Positions 1 to 13,160 of a stretch of DNA of 64,000 nucleotides are shown in pieces. The DNA is from Trichoplax adhaerens. Lineage: Eukaryota; Animalia; Placozoa. How positions within the stretch are numbered: position 1 is the first letter of the stretch; the number at the start of each line of letters is the position of its first letter. Location of the stretch: positions 1,054,001 to 1,118,000 of the forward strand of contig NW_002060954.1 in assembly GCF_000150275.1 (NCBI RefSeq), read 5' to 3'. Both the position numbers and the translations under genes were made by a program. The notes under the pieces were generated by a model, which made no database searches, was not told where the DNA came from, and worked only from the letters and a program-made list of their open reading frames with translations.

Positions 1-3000
1 ATAATTGCATTATATGGGACTAACGGGATTGGCAGCATGCACAACGGATACTACGTCGTCTTTTTGTAACGATAGTTCATGTGAACTATCTGGGTCGAAG
101 TCTTCTAAAGCTTTCATTTCCGTACCAGGAGGGACTTCCGACGCAGATGGTTTAATATCCTAAAGCGATCATATAAGGGTAATTTAGGAGGAATTACTGA
201 CAAGTATAGCAAACTGTATATAAACAAAATTCATTTAAAACTGTCCAACAACACTTCTTCATCGACTATTCAAGATTAAAAGGATAGATAACCTTGCATT
301 TACTGCTTGCAGTTCTTAAGTTGTCTATCGTTTCCCCGTACGCTTCAATTTCCGATAATACCGCGTCGTGTTTTCTTAATAGTGACTATTTAAGAAGATT
401 TACCTTAAGCATCGGCGCAACTAAAGCAAATTATCATAGTGAAGTCTAACCTGAGCACTATCTTCGTCTTTGCCGTAATCAGTACTTGATGTTAGTTGAT
501 CTTTATCTTTAATCCATTGTTCTGCCTCGCTACTATCAGCAAAGTACTGGTGAGTTCGCAACGAGTCATCCAATTCACTTTTTCTTCCAATACATTTGTC
601 CTTTTAAAATTTATTCAGAATTTTAATAACAAATAAATTTTATCCTTCTATAATTTTTATTTTAGGTGTTATGTTAACCTTAAGCAAATTCCATGCGTCT
701 TTCAGTTTATTTATTCCTTCATTTATATCGTTCGTTGCATAATGTTCTGGTTAAAAGTAAAACATTTATTTTTAATATGCGTAAACTAAATATTGCACGA
801 TTAGTTAAGTTAACTACTTTAATAGAAATTTTAATATCGTCTGTCCCTTTATAAAAAGCATATCGTCTATAGGAATTTTAGAAAATGCTAAGAGATAATA
901 TATACATTTATGTTACTTTACGATCATTTCAGAATTCAATTTCTTACCATCATCAATAAGCTTTTGTCCATCTGCACATACAGCATCTATTTTTGTTTCG
1001 TGGTTATCAATCTCGGTCTAAGTAAATATTGAGATACTTTAATGGCGATAACTAGTTCATTAATTCACATTGACATCATTTGTGGTACGTACTTGCATTG
1101 CTTGATGCTTCTTTATTAAACTCTGTACCGTTAGGAGATCTCGGCCATGGCTACCTGAAGAAGCAATAGCCTCTTTTTCTCGAATCCAGGTTTCTTCATC
1201 TTCTACGTCTCTCAAAAATTGAAACAGCAGTAGAGAATCATTAAGTTTTGCTTTTCGTTCTGAGACTGGATCCTGTAAGTTCATACAAAATTTAAAGTTA
1301 GAGTTCATATCATATAATTGTGCATGAAAATACGAGAGTCAGGGGTGAAAGAGAATATATATTATAATACCTCAAGTCCTGAAAATCTCAAGGCAACTTG
1401 TTGTTGCTTATCTTTAATACTATCAGCATGGAAATGTTCTTCGGAGATGAAAGCATCTGCTTGTTCTGTAATTGCTTTCAAGGCTTCAGTATGAGCTGCT
1501 ATATCGGCCTCTAATAGGGTATGTTTCTTTATCAAATTTTGTACGCTGACCAGATCCTATATTATTATTAAATACAATAGATAAATTATAACACATTCTG
1601 ATAAGATTATGATATTATCATATTATTTACTCTGCCAATGTCTTCAGAATATAATTGTAACTCCACTTCTGCTATCCAACGTTCCATATCATCAACTTCT
1701 CTATTGAATAGTAATTCTCGATGGGCATCTCTTAATTTTGAGCCTTTATCCGATGATAAGCGAACAAGTTTATCCCATAATCCATTGATTTCATCTAGTT
1801 TATCTTCAATTTTATCAGTTTTTGGGTGTTCAGCTTCGATTAAAGCTTTTCCGGAATTATTAACATTGTCTATTCGTGTTCTATTTGCAGAAACTTCTGC
1901 TTCAAAGGCTTGATGTTTACGAAGTTTGCCTTGCATGTTGGATAAGTCCTAGTAATCCATTAAGCATATTTAAAAGTTTGCACTTTATTATGTTATTTCC
2001 CAGGATTGGGAAAGTTTTTATCATATCCTAACTGTAATGTTTCGTTACCTTATAAGAGTCATCACTAACTGTAGTAATCTGCTCATTTATCCACTGAATT
2101 GTTTCTTCTGCTACGTTAACAAAGTTATAATACTGATGAGCATCATCCAAAAAATGCCGTCTTCTTTCCGCTTTGAGAACAGTGTCTTGAATATGTTTTT
2201 CAAGCTACAGCAGTAGAATTTATATAAATTTCTAAGTCGTGATAAATACATATATATATATAGAGATATGTATGCGTATATGTATATATCAATATTAATA
2301 AATCACAGTATATACGAAATAAAATCAATGAATTATATATTGTACACTACACATTAGCGTAATAAGATCAAGGGCTCTTTTAAGTCATTAACCTTGTTTT
2401 TCCGGTTTACGATATCTTCTGTTGCGTAATGATTTTCGTCTACTAACTTATCAGCGCTCTCATAAAGGGTTTTAGCTTTCTCTTGCTGAGTTGTAAAAGT
2501 TGTTTCAAAATTTTCATGTTTTTTAATCAAAGCTTGTGCCGAATCTAAACTCTCGATAGGCATATCTGTTGCTAGTAACGGCTATATTAAGACAAGATTG
2601 TATAATACAAAGAAATTAAGATATATTAAAACTGTAATCGAATATCGGTCACTTAAAATTATAGTAATCACATTCACCTTAATAATGTAGAATGAGTAAG
2701 TTACATTTATGATTTACCTCTCGTTTATCCATCCAACTATCAACTTGGTTAACGCCACGAACATATTCTTGATATGAAGCCATTATTTCGATCACTCCGT
2801 TTCTTTCTTCCCAATCTTCGAGAAGTTCTTCTCGTAAATTCTTTAATAAATCCATCTAGTAACAGTGACAGTAATATACATATATGTATTGAAATAAAAG
2901 CACCGTAATAACTTACAGTAAGAAAAACTTCATTACTAACTTTGTTTTTGATACTGTCTGATGATTGATGATCTGATACAAGTAACTGGTCGCATTCTTC

Positions 3001-6000
3001 AAGTAATTCATCTAGGTTTTCATTTCTAGCTCGAATTTCATGCTGAAAAATGCCGCGCGGATAAGTTAGCTTCATAGTAGTTACTTCTAATTTCTGCTAA
3101 GTGGAAGAACTGTAGTTAAAACGTCATAATATTACCTTTAATTCTTCGTGCTGAGCTTCTAAAACATCAGCACTGATATTTTCTTTAGTGATATCTTCTG
3201 CTAGATCGCTTTTCTTTGTGTTTGCCCACATTTCATAGTCTTTGCATCTCGATTGAAGTGACAGCCAGTTTAAACCACTATTTAGCTTAAGTCTCTTCAT
3301 ATTAACCTAAAGTAGATAATTTAAATATTTACGAACGAAAGAGTGTGACGTTTGTAATCATGTAATTAGGGCACAACAATGGTGTGCTAAATTACCTCAT
3401 CTTTCAAGCTATTCCATTTCTCATCAAGACTATCAGAACCGGCTCGTATTTCATCTTCATCGTCAGGGAATTTATCACAAAGTTCATTTGCTTGAGCTTG
3501 GAGTTGGTTAACCTAAATAAGAATGTATCCGATACAAGATGATGGTAAGCCATTCAATACATGCATAAGTTTACTATACGATTAAACAGTTTAACAGTCA
3601 TCAGAATACTTATCGTAAATCAACAAAGTTGCTTATCTATACAACCTTTTCTTCAATGGCTGCAACTTCATTGCCTATTCTATCATGCTTTCGCTTAATC
3701 GCTGCAGCATTTTCTTCATTAGATGGATCATCATCATCTTTTACTGATGCAAGACGTTCATCGATCCACTGTTTGGCATCTTCGACAGCACTAAAATCAA
3801 GAATAAGAATTTTGTATATAATTTCTTCCTCCAGTAAGTATAATTAAGTCTAGATTGCCCTTACTTTTTATATCTATTCTTCTCTACAGATGCCAACAAC
3901 TTATCATGGCGAATTTGGATAGTAATAAGTAGTTTCTCCCAAGCAACGATTATAGTCTGTAGCAGCAACGATATACTTTTAATCACATGTAGTTAAGCTA
4001 ACCTTGAAATGCTTCGTCAGCTTCCAATAGTTGAAAAGTTAATATACACGAATAACATCAGTAAATAAGCGATACCTCAATTCTCTCCGTGACAGTTTCT
4101 TTACCGGGATGATCCTCATCAATAAGCGGCTGAGCGACCTCCTTCACGTGCTCAACGCGAAGCTCTCCAGTTTTTACTTCCTGCGATTATTATTACGTAG
4201 GAAGATAATTTAAAAAGTGTGGAAAGATTAAGCTATTATTATGGCTATATATCTTTAACCGGAAATAAAGTTCTTACGTACAATTTGTACTTCTTCGAAC
4301 TTTTTAAATAAAAATTCAGCATGTTCCAAATCTCTTCCGTAATCATCGGAGCTAGCAACCGCTTCCTAATTTAGGCAACAATTAGAAATTATATCAGGTA
4401 AGGACTATCAGTTAAGTTGATAAATTGTCAATTTAAAAAAATTTGCAGCCTATTCCAAAGGAATGGGAACATTCTTTACCAAAATCGAGGACAACATTAT
4501 CTACAGTTACTGTTATGTGTTGTTAATTTCCTACTAATAATTTAATTACTTTTTCAGCAATCCATGCCAATAACTCATCGACTTCTCGCGTAAAGGCTGA
4601 TAACTTTTGAGTTTCTCTTAATTTTGCTCCTTTGCTCGATAATTTATCATCTAATTCCTCCCAATGATTTAGCAATTGCTTAAGGAGTTCCTACAAATAT
4701 TCAAGCATTTCTCCAATGAAATTTGCAAATACTCAGGCTATCGTATTTCTATTCTATTACGTCAGTTGTAAGATTAGTAATACCAGGATATTAGTTTAGT
4801 ATAGTGACATTACAATCTATAATAAGACGCTTAATTTATGGACACCAGGTATTATGACGCATTTTTGAAATAAAGCTCAAACCTGGATTTGTTCGAAGAA
4901 TAGGTGCTCGTTATCGATCATATCACTTCCTTCTTTGACCAGCTCATCTAAAACGTCCTTTTGCTTGGCTATAACCCCTTGAAAGTCTTCATGACGCTTA
5001 ACCTTTATCTGGTAAGATAATTAAATGAAATGAAAAAAAATAAGGCAAATGTAATTCAATTAAATTTAACAGCTAGATTAGAACAGATCATAAATACTGC
5101 TAATATTTGAAAGTTTACTACAAGTATGTAGTTCAAATTCGTGTAAGTTTAATAATCTATACTATAGTATACAGCAATGACAATGAAGGAGATATAGTGA
5201 TAAATATAAAGTCATAGCTACATTATTTATGGTTTTATAAAAGGCGGTAGCTAAAGTAATACGTAGTTCTCTGATTTTTGTTCATAGGGTTTATATCTGA
5301 ATTTTTTAGTAGAGACTTGCTAATTTTGTACTGTCTGTTATTTAAACATTACTATACAGTAACGAATAATGAATGAAATTATAAAATCACAACGCACTAC
5401 TATAGTAGAGAATTAAATAGACAATACTGCTTAAATGTCTGTTAGCTAAGAAATACGGTAAGTACTGCAGGCCTATAGTGAGATCGAATTTTCACAGATT
5501 TGGGCATTTATTTGTAACTATTAATAAATATTCAATCTGTTTATTCATATTGTTAATTTTGTATAGATTCCAGTAGAAATAGTAATATGTACAGTATAAC
5601 AGTACCATTGGGTACTGTATTTGTCTCCGATGCATGAAAAAACGATTATAATTCATAAAGTTTTTAATTTGCACCATAGTGTAATGGCTATACGTATTAT
5701 CATAGGTTCTAGTTGTGGCTTCGATTACATTCGTAACATTGGTGTAGGGTAAATAAGGAAATATTATTACCGAATGTCTACGACTCTACGCGTATGTGTC
5801 AATTCAAATCGGCTGACAAACTGTAACAGTACATAAGGTGATGAGAATTTTTTCTTTTGTAGACCCTGTCTCAACTGCTGAACCCAGAACCCAGCGTGTG
5901 TAGTGCAGTATAGTAATTTATTCGTTTTTATTAGCTATTTAACAGTTTAGTCATACAAAGCATGAATAGATCTTATTTTCGATTAGCCAAAAATGATTCC

Positions 6001-8486
6001 GAATCGCAGCAGGGATGTGCCCTTGTGATTGTACAGTACTGTACACAATACCGTACTGTATATACGTATTATTGTCATTGAGGTTTTGTCTGAACTTTAT
6101 GATTTCTAGACAGTACTGTTTAACGGTTTTTGGTACCGTACGCACTATGCTCCAGCTTTTCGAAACGTGTTCTATACTGTACGCATTCAAAAGTGTAAAG
6201 TACTATGGTTAGCCTTGGTACGTATATTGGGGACGCATAGAACCTTGGCTCCTTTTTATTTCCAATATCTGCCTATAATTAATGAAGTGTAGTACTATGG
6301 TTACGCTTGGTACATATATATTGTGGACTCATAGAACCTTGATTCCTTTTTATTTCCAATATCTGCGCTATAATTAATGAAGTATTGAACTATACGGTAT
6401 ACCGTGTGATAACATAATCGCACGTCCCCCTTCGTTAATTAACCGCTTGCTGCGATTAACAGTAAGCTAGACACATCCATTGATTCAACTTAAATCATCG
6501 ACTGATATATAAATTAGTGCTCAGCTTGCAGACAGAAACTAATTGTTAGCTAACAAACAACATGTTTCAAGATACAGCGTACTCCAACGCTGTATTTATG
6601 ACTGTACTACCATAGTACGCTCATATTATAAATTGATCAATAAATGGTATCACCTAGCTTAGCTTTGAGTACGTACTGTATATGATGCCAGCTGTTTTGT
6701 AAAACAAGCGCTAAATTAACGCGATTGATATCTTCTACATAGGTATTCTAATTTACATCCCCGGTGGTCTGATACAGTAATAAGGTCAGACTATAAGATA
6801 GTTCAGAAAATATCGCATTACTAATTGAAGAATTAGACGAGTTTTCTCTGGTTAACCTCACCCAATCCAAAACTACAGACAGAATGTACACTGTACAGTA
6901 TACAAATACAGTCTACATGAAGGAGATGTAACATTAAATTTTCTAAATAGTACAGTATATGGGTAAAAAGCGATTACGATTGTACTGTATACAGTACTAT
7001 ATATGCTGGAGGACTAATTAGTTATCGCGTAGAAAGAACTTTTCAATTATCCTTAAATTAGCTGATAATGCTCTATGCTATCGAGATACTTGTACTAGCG
7101 TCACGTAAGAAAATATACAAGGAGAATATTCATGAAATCGAAATAACTTGTAGAATATCGTGCCAGAGAGTGATCAGTTTAAGTACGGTAATTCAATACT
7201 ATTTTTTTTAAAGTAAGATTATCCGCCAGAGTCTAGACATTCGTAATAGACTTGTTGTACCGCATAGTATCTTGTACTGTATATCGCTTGGTAGGTATAA
7301 TAAGTTCAATTTAAATTTCTGTTCTACTGTACAATTTTCTACGTTTGCAATCCCCAGTCGGCAGTAATGTAAGTACAGTACTGTATAATATACTGTATAT
7401 CGTTCAGACTCTTAAAAATGTTGTAACCGCAAAAAACACCGATCTAGTTCTGTCATTCATTTCACTAACTGTGGCGAAAATTTTAAATCCTGAAATCGAA
7501 CTTAAGAGCAAAGAAACAAGTCAAGACATGTTAAGATGGTCCAGATAAATGTACATTCATCTCAAAGAGTACTACCATGGACGACTAGAAATGATTAGTA
7601 GTCCACGCTACTACTGTACCGTAGTAATCCGGCAAGGCGTAACGGATTTTAACCTTTCCTATGGTAATCCCTCCTGGCATCATTACCCATGCCCCAACAA
7701 AGAAACAATTATGAATATAGTGCCATAAAGAATGTGTATGGGATAAAATAAAATTACGGATTACCTTAATCGGGCTAATAACTTTAAGCCCCGTAGAATT
7801 ACTAACATAAAATGGGCGTAAACTCTTCTTACTAATTAAATTTGAACAATTTTCATTCGAGTGATTCAATTGAAACGATTAGTACTGTAGTTTTAAATCC
7901 ATTTGCAAGTTCAAGGAACGTTTTACAGTATTGCATAAATGGGCGGTGACCCCAATCGTAATAAGTGTCGACGTTTACGTCGCATACCTTTCATGTGACG
8001 TACGACTAGATATCTAACTTAGTTTAAAGTAAGAAATTACTTCGACTATCCTTCTACAACTTTTTTAGATAATACTACCGATTTAACGGATATTAATAAA
8101 TAATAAGTTGTAAAATCAAAACATGAACGTCGATCTTTAGCGGTGACAGCACGTAGTCTAGAACGGGTTAGGCGTACAATTCAGTACACTGTAATACGTA
8201 GATCATGCAGTCTAAGCGCTCTTAATCATCTAATTCTAACCTGTATGTTAACCGGATCTTTATAAGATTCATCATTTGCTATCTTCATTTGTTCATCAAT
8301 CCACTCTTCCAATTCACTGACATTGCGCTTGAACCGTTGAAAATCACGGGCATCTTCTAACTTCTTTTTAAGATCTTGAGATCCATCTTTAAATTTGTTG
8401 AAACGCTGCAGGACGCGTTCGCGTTTCTCTTTTATCTCATCCAATCGAGGTCCTTTCTTTTTTCCTGATGCGCTAGTTGTGCTCAT
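1..8486 (-). CDS. SPTAN1: Alpha-spectrin, 5' portion (about 21 exons; gene continues beyond the window start)
   Basis: ATG at 8486 (MSTTSASGKKKGPRLDEIKEKRERVLQRFNKFK, the alpha-spectrin N-terminal tetramerisation helix). Exon 1 is 8486-8241, followed by a 3.2 kb intron, then in-phase exons from 5008 downward encoding spectrin repeats (e.g. QGKLRKHQAFEAEVSANRTRI, FQFLRDVEDEETWIREKE, GRDLLTVQSLIKKH). After about 960 aa the exon at 159-24 encodes the start of an SH3 domain (MKALEDFDPDSSHELSLQKDDVVSV), the position typical of alpha-spectrin. Confidence 0.93.
6199..6382. repeat. Two-copy imperfect direct repeat (about 91 bp) in spectrin intron 1
   Basis: agtactatggttagccttggtac...catagaaccttggctcctttttatttccaatatctgcctataattaatgaagt is followed immediately by a near-identical copy with a few substitutions and indels. 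Confidence 0.9.
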
Positions 8487-8772
8487 TTTTCTGGAAGGTT
8501 TTATTCCTAGTTTAAGTATTAATGCTATCAATGTTCTAGGTAATTGTATAAGATAGAAGAATTATAGTCAGTCCTCAAAAGCTCACCAATTTGCCTTGCT
8601 AACTTATTAATCACTCAAACCAAAGCAGGCTATCCAACGCGTTTCACTTTCCAGTTTTGGCGTTCGGCGTGCCCACTATTTGTGAAGAGCTGCTCTTCAG
8701 CCTTTCAAGCCTACCGTATGTATTCGAGACCAGAGGGCTTTCACACCGTACGGTAGTAAAACAAAGCCAAAC

Positions 8773-9010
8773 GTACTGTACAGTACAGTACAATACACTG
8801 TGCACTTGCTTTACTGTACTGTACAGTACAGTACAGTACTGTAGTTTCATAGTCTGCTGTACTGTACATACTGTTGGCTAACACTGTAGGCTTTCGCTAT
8901 GTACCCAGTACAACACCGTACTGTGTGTACTTTACTGTACAAGTAGCAGTACTGTACTGTACTGTACACGTCCATACGTACAGCACAGTACTGTACTGTA
9001 CTGTAGATAC
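8773..9010. repeat. TACTG/CAGTA pentamer array upstream of alpha-spectrin
   Basis: Dense runs such as tactgtactgtacagtacagtacagtactgtag, about 290-520 bp upstream of the spectrin ATG. Confidence 0.85.
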
Positions 9011-9819
9011 TAGATACAGTTAAAAAAAAATAATTTATCGAGCAACAGAACGCCGATTGTTTTTCTTTCTTTTATAAAACTGCTCAAGCCTGAGGCCTTC
9101 TAAGCCGAAATACTGTCCTGTTGTATTATTGATTTCGCTATATGTCCTATTTACGTCTATATACTCTGCACAGTATGCGTATTCTACGCTATTTACACAG
9201 TTTTATGTACATTGTAAAGTATTCGTATTGGTATTTATTTATTTATTTATTTATTTATATAGAACTACTGTGCTGTGGCTGTACTCTACTGTTTTCGGCA
9301 TCACGTACGATTGTACGGTACTGTACAATTGTAAAGTGATATACTGTAGTCGTTGACAGCAGTAGGATGTACTAATTACTTATTAACGAAATTACAGCAC
9401 TCACCGTTCGAGACGTTAAAATATGAAAAGATACTGGTGCTGCAGTACGTACTATACTATTCAGTACCGTAAAACCTTCGACAGGTGTAACTGTACACCG
9501 CGATCAGTGAGTGTACAGAGTACTGCACACTATGCATACAGTAGTACAAACACAGAAGAAGAAAAATGCGTAAAAACGCCAAAAGGTCTGCTGAAAAAGC
9601 ATACTGTACTGTATACAGCATGGTAAACCGTAATAAACTACTGTACTGTAATGCACTTCGGCCGCTATTTATTCACTTTTGTATACTGATAGATACGATA
9701 GATCAATACAAAGAATAATAACTTTAGAAAACCAGTTTATAAAATGTTGAGACGGAAATGAAATAAATAAAATGTGACAAGTTGCAGATATTAATTTGTA
9801 GTTTGTACAAAGTTTTTAC

Positions 9820-9985
9820 ATACTGTACAGTGTACAGTACGACCTTAGTTGGGTTACGGTGTATAGTACTGTATGCGGCATACTGTACACTGTAGGGCGC
9901 TACTGGGGTAGTCGCCTCAGTGCGCCTGTGCTGTACAGTACTGTAGTTTGAGATTCAAGTTTGAGTACTGTACAGTACTGTACGT
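9820..9985. repeat. TACTG/CAGTA pentamer array upstream of P2X
   Basis: tactgtacagtgtacagtac, ctgtacagtactgtag and gtactgtacagtactgtac lie about 150-300 bp upstream of the P2X ATG; more copies are scattered over 9300-9650. Confidence 0.8.
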
Positions 9986-10128
9986 TTGTAGTAATTAATC
10001 TTCATGCGCAGAATCTCGGTGAGGAAATCGGAACGCTGCCATGAGTTACTGTAATATCGACTGTACCGAACCTTTAATTCCCTGGAAGACAGTCAACAGA
10101 GGCCTAGAAAGCAGAATCTCTTTTAAAG

Positions 10129-13100
10129 ATGGAAAACTGTTGCAATAGATTCGCGGATTTGGCTCTGGATTACAATACACCTAAAATTATTCATATTAAA
10201 AGCAAAGTTGTTGGATTTATAAACAGATTCATTCAACTTGCTATTGTTGGTTATATCATCGGGTAAGAAACATTAAACTGTAGGCAATCATTGCTAGTGC
10301 TCAAGTTTCGTATTAATTATAATAATTATTATTATAATTAACTTCATCAATTATGATTATTTAAACGATATCAAAATGGATGCTTTACTTGCAACTTGCC
10401 GTCGAAAATTAGAATGAATGAAACTGTTACACATTAAGATAATCTTAATGTTAATGTATTATAGTATAGGATTACATAGATATCAATTAAGTATTAGCTT
10501 GTACTGTATTTAAATTTTTAAATTCAGTTGTATGAGTAATCGATTACCTGGACAGCTAGGTAAATGCATGATGTCATCGTAGTGTAGCTTTGGCTCATCC
10601 CATACATTTTTTCTTTTATCGTTTTATGATTGGCACTTTCACAAAGTTCTTGGTGAATTTTTTGAGACAATGCATAAATTCATTAATTTTTCCTCAGTGC
10701 TAGATGCTTGCTGTATAATATATCATAAGACTTTATCGCTTTTACTAATTGTACGATCTTTACGTTAGATATGTTCTAGTTTATAAGAAAGGTTATCAAG
10801 AATTTGATACTGCTCAAAATTCTGTAACATCTAAAGTTAAAGGTGTAGCTTTTGTAAACTATACTAAAGATCCCAACATTGGAACAAGGGTATGGGATCC
10901 AGCCGACTATATAATTCCTCCTGAGGTACACTTAATCTATTTTAAATTTACTGGAAAGTGAGACTTTACGATAGTTTTATGGACAGTAATTTAATGTAGG
11001 AGACCCATGTTCAGCTTTGACCAATTCTACGAGTATTAATACACCTACTACCGTATCAATATATTCAACTCGTATCTATTAAAGGCATACACGCTTATTA
11101 CTAACCCTAACCAATTTTTTAAAAATTGTTACTGTTTAACATAGGAAAATGGGGCCTTTTTCGTCATGACCAACATGATTATTACTAAGAATCAAACAAA
11201 TACAGTATGTCCCGAGGTAAGGCTTACTTAATGTGGCAGAATATATTATTTGTACCTTATAATCTCATTATAAATCATACTACATGATGACGAATAACTA
11301 GTAATCATACTTGCAGGATATGTCCATTCGCGGAGCAAACTGTACTGATTCTACTGACTGCATACCTGGTAAACATTTATACCTAGGACATGGTAATGCT
11401 ACAAGATCAACTTCGATACATATTGTTTGCATTGTTACGTTTAAGTAGCCTAACTATACGTGTACGGTGCCCTAGAGTGATAATGGATAAATATAAATCT
11501 TAGTGATGTTTACCTATGAGTTTCCTATTTATTCGAGTGACGAGAAATAATGTGAACTGTATCACCATGTTGGATACTCCTATTATACTTTAGGCGTTAA
11601 CACAGGGGAGTGTGTACCTGTGTCACCGGATTCAGACGAAATGACTTGTGAAATTTATTCTTGGTGTCCGCTCGAATATGATCATCTTCGGTAAATTGAA
11701 GCTCTAATGTTTTGTAATTAGTCATTTAATAAATAATCTCCAAAAATTACGTCGGTTCATTTATTGCTTAGGACCAATTACCCCTTCCTGGGAGAAGCGG
11801 TAAATTTTACAGTATTAATCAAGAATAGTATTGCCTTTCCAAAATTTAACGTTCGAAGGTCAAATACAGTTGTTCATATATTCTTTTGATATGTTTTATG
11901 TGTAGTAACATCAATGTTTTTGCCTATTCAAAGGAGTAACATAGATGCCGTTAAAAATAGCGAAGACTTGAAGCATTGCATGTACGATCCCGTCCACGAT
12001 GCTCTATGTCCAATTCTTAAACTTGGAACTATAGTTAATAGCGCGGAGCAGGATTTTAATAAAATTGCCTATAAGGTAATAAAATAGAGTATACAGCTGT
12101 CAAGTGACCACAATCTCATTGAAGTAGAGTTTTATTGAATAAGACCTTCTTATTCCTGTATATAGATACTCTAGTGTTTAGTTTCAGCTTTAAACTTTGC
12201 ATCGAGCTTTTGCTCAATATTCATCTGATTGTTCATATTATAGGGAGGAGTTATCGCAATTATATTGAACTGGGACTGTAATCTGGACTTTGATATAAGG
12301 AACTGTCAACCTAAGTTAACCTTCAGAAGGTATAAAGTTACGATAGCATGGTTGAGAAGTAAAAAGCTCAAAGTAATAAGAAATATTATAATTGTAACTA
12401 TAATTAAAAATTTTTATACATCGGTAATTTACTCTAAACTGTTAAAGACTTGATGACCCCCATGCTCCGACGGCTGTTGGATATAACTTTAGGTATCTTG
12501 ATACTTACTGTAATTTGTATCATAAAATGCTTCTATTTAATTTCGACTTACGTAAAAAGTATGCAAATTAACCGAGTTCCATCTTCATATATTTAGATAC
12601 CCAATTTATTATGAGGTCAATAACAAGTTACATCGGGATCTTATTAAGGCTTATGGAATTAGATTTGTTTTTATAATTGTTGGTCGGGTAAGTGAGATAT
12701 ATTGGTATTGTACATTGCTTTTTCTGTTAATTTCATTTATTTGCAAAGTAACGTTGGAGTAACGTTAAATCGATAAGTATTATTAGGATTTTACCGCTAA
12801 GCCTACTGGTTTGCATATTCTACTACCATCATAAAGTTGATGTAAATTAGTACATGTTTGTAGTAAATTTTCTTCATTCGGTTTGTATAGGCCGGGAGAT
12901 TCTCTGTTGTTCCACTGCTTCTGAATATTGGTTCCGGGCTTGCCTTGTTGGCCATTGTAAGCTGATTTTTAAATTTTGATTATTGGGTTGTATGTCTAAA
13001 TACTAATTTACTGTATATTTTACTCGTTTAGGCATCTGTAATATCGGATGTTGTGATCCTATATGTATTGAAAAGACGACAATATTATAGATCTAAAAAA

Positions 13101-13160
13101 TATCAAACGGTGTCTCCATTTGATGATGACAGTCCGTTATTACAAGAGGACGTGGAATAA
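10129..13160 (+). CDS. P2RX: P2X purinergic receptor (ATP-gated cation channel), 12 exons
   Basis: The spliced product has the N-terminal YNTPK motif, TM1 (RFIQLAIVGYIIGYVLV), the ATP-site motifs SVTSKVKG, NFTVLIKN, GYNFR and RDLIKAYGIRF, WDPADY, all ten ectodomain cysteines, TM2 (NIGSGLALLAIASVISDVVILY) and YxxxK (YYRSKK). Stop TAA at 13158-13160. Confidence 0.96.

Noticed and set aside
7585-7869. 94 aa ORF inside spectrin intron 1 as a nested gene or transposon
   Set aside because: Non-ATG start, no recognisable domain, no terminal repeats and no supporting splice pattern.
8644-9626. ORF-track entries rich in C/T/V/Q/Y/S (also 40524-40781, 43701-44009, 44693-44971, 52103-52288, 60407-60712)
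   Set aside because: These are translations of the TACTG/CAGTA arrays, which are poor in stop codons in several frames; there is no sign they encode proteins.
11101-11112. CTAACCCTAACC, identical to the animal telomerase RNA template / telomeric repeat
   Set aside because: It lies about 30-40 nt upstream of the 3' splice site of a 0.2 kb P2X intron, where CTAAC branch-point sequences are expected. There is no room or structure for a telomerase RNA.
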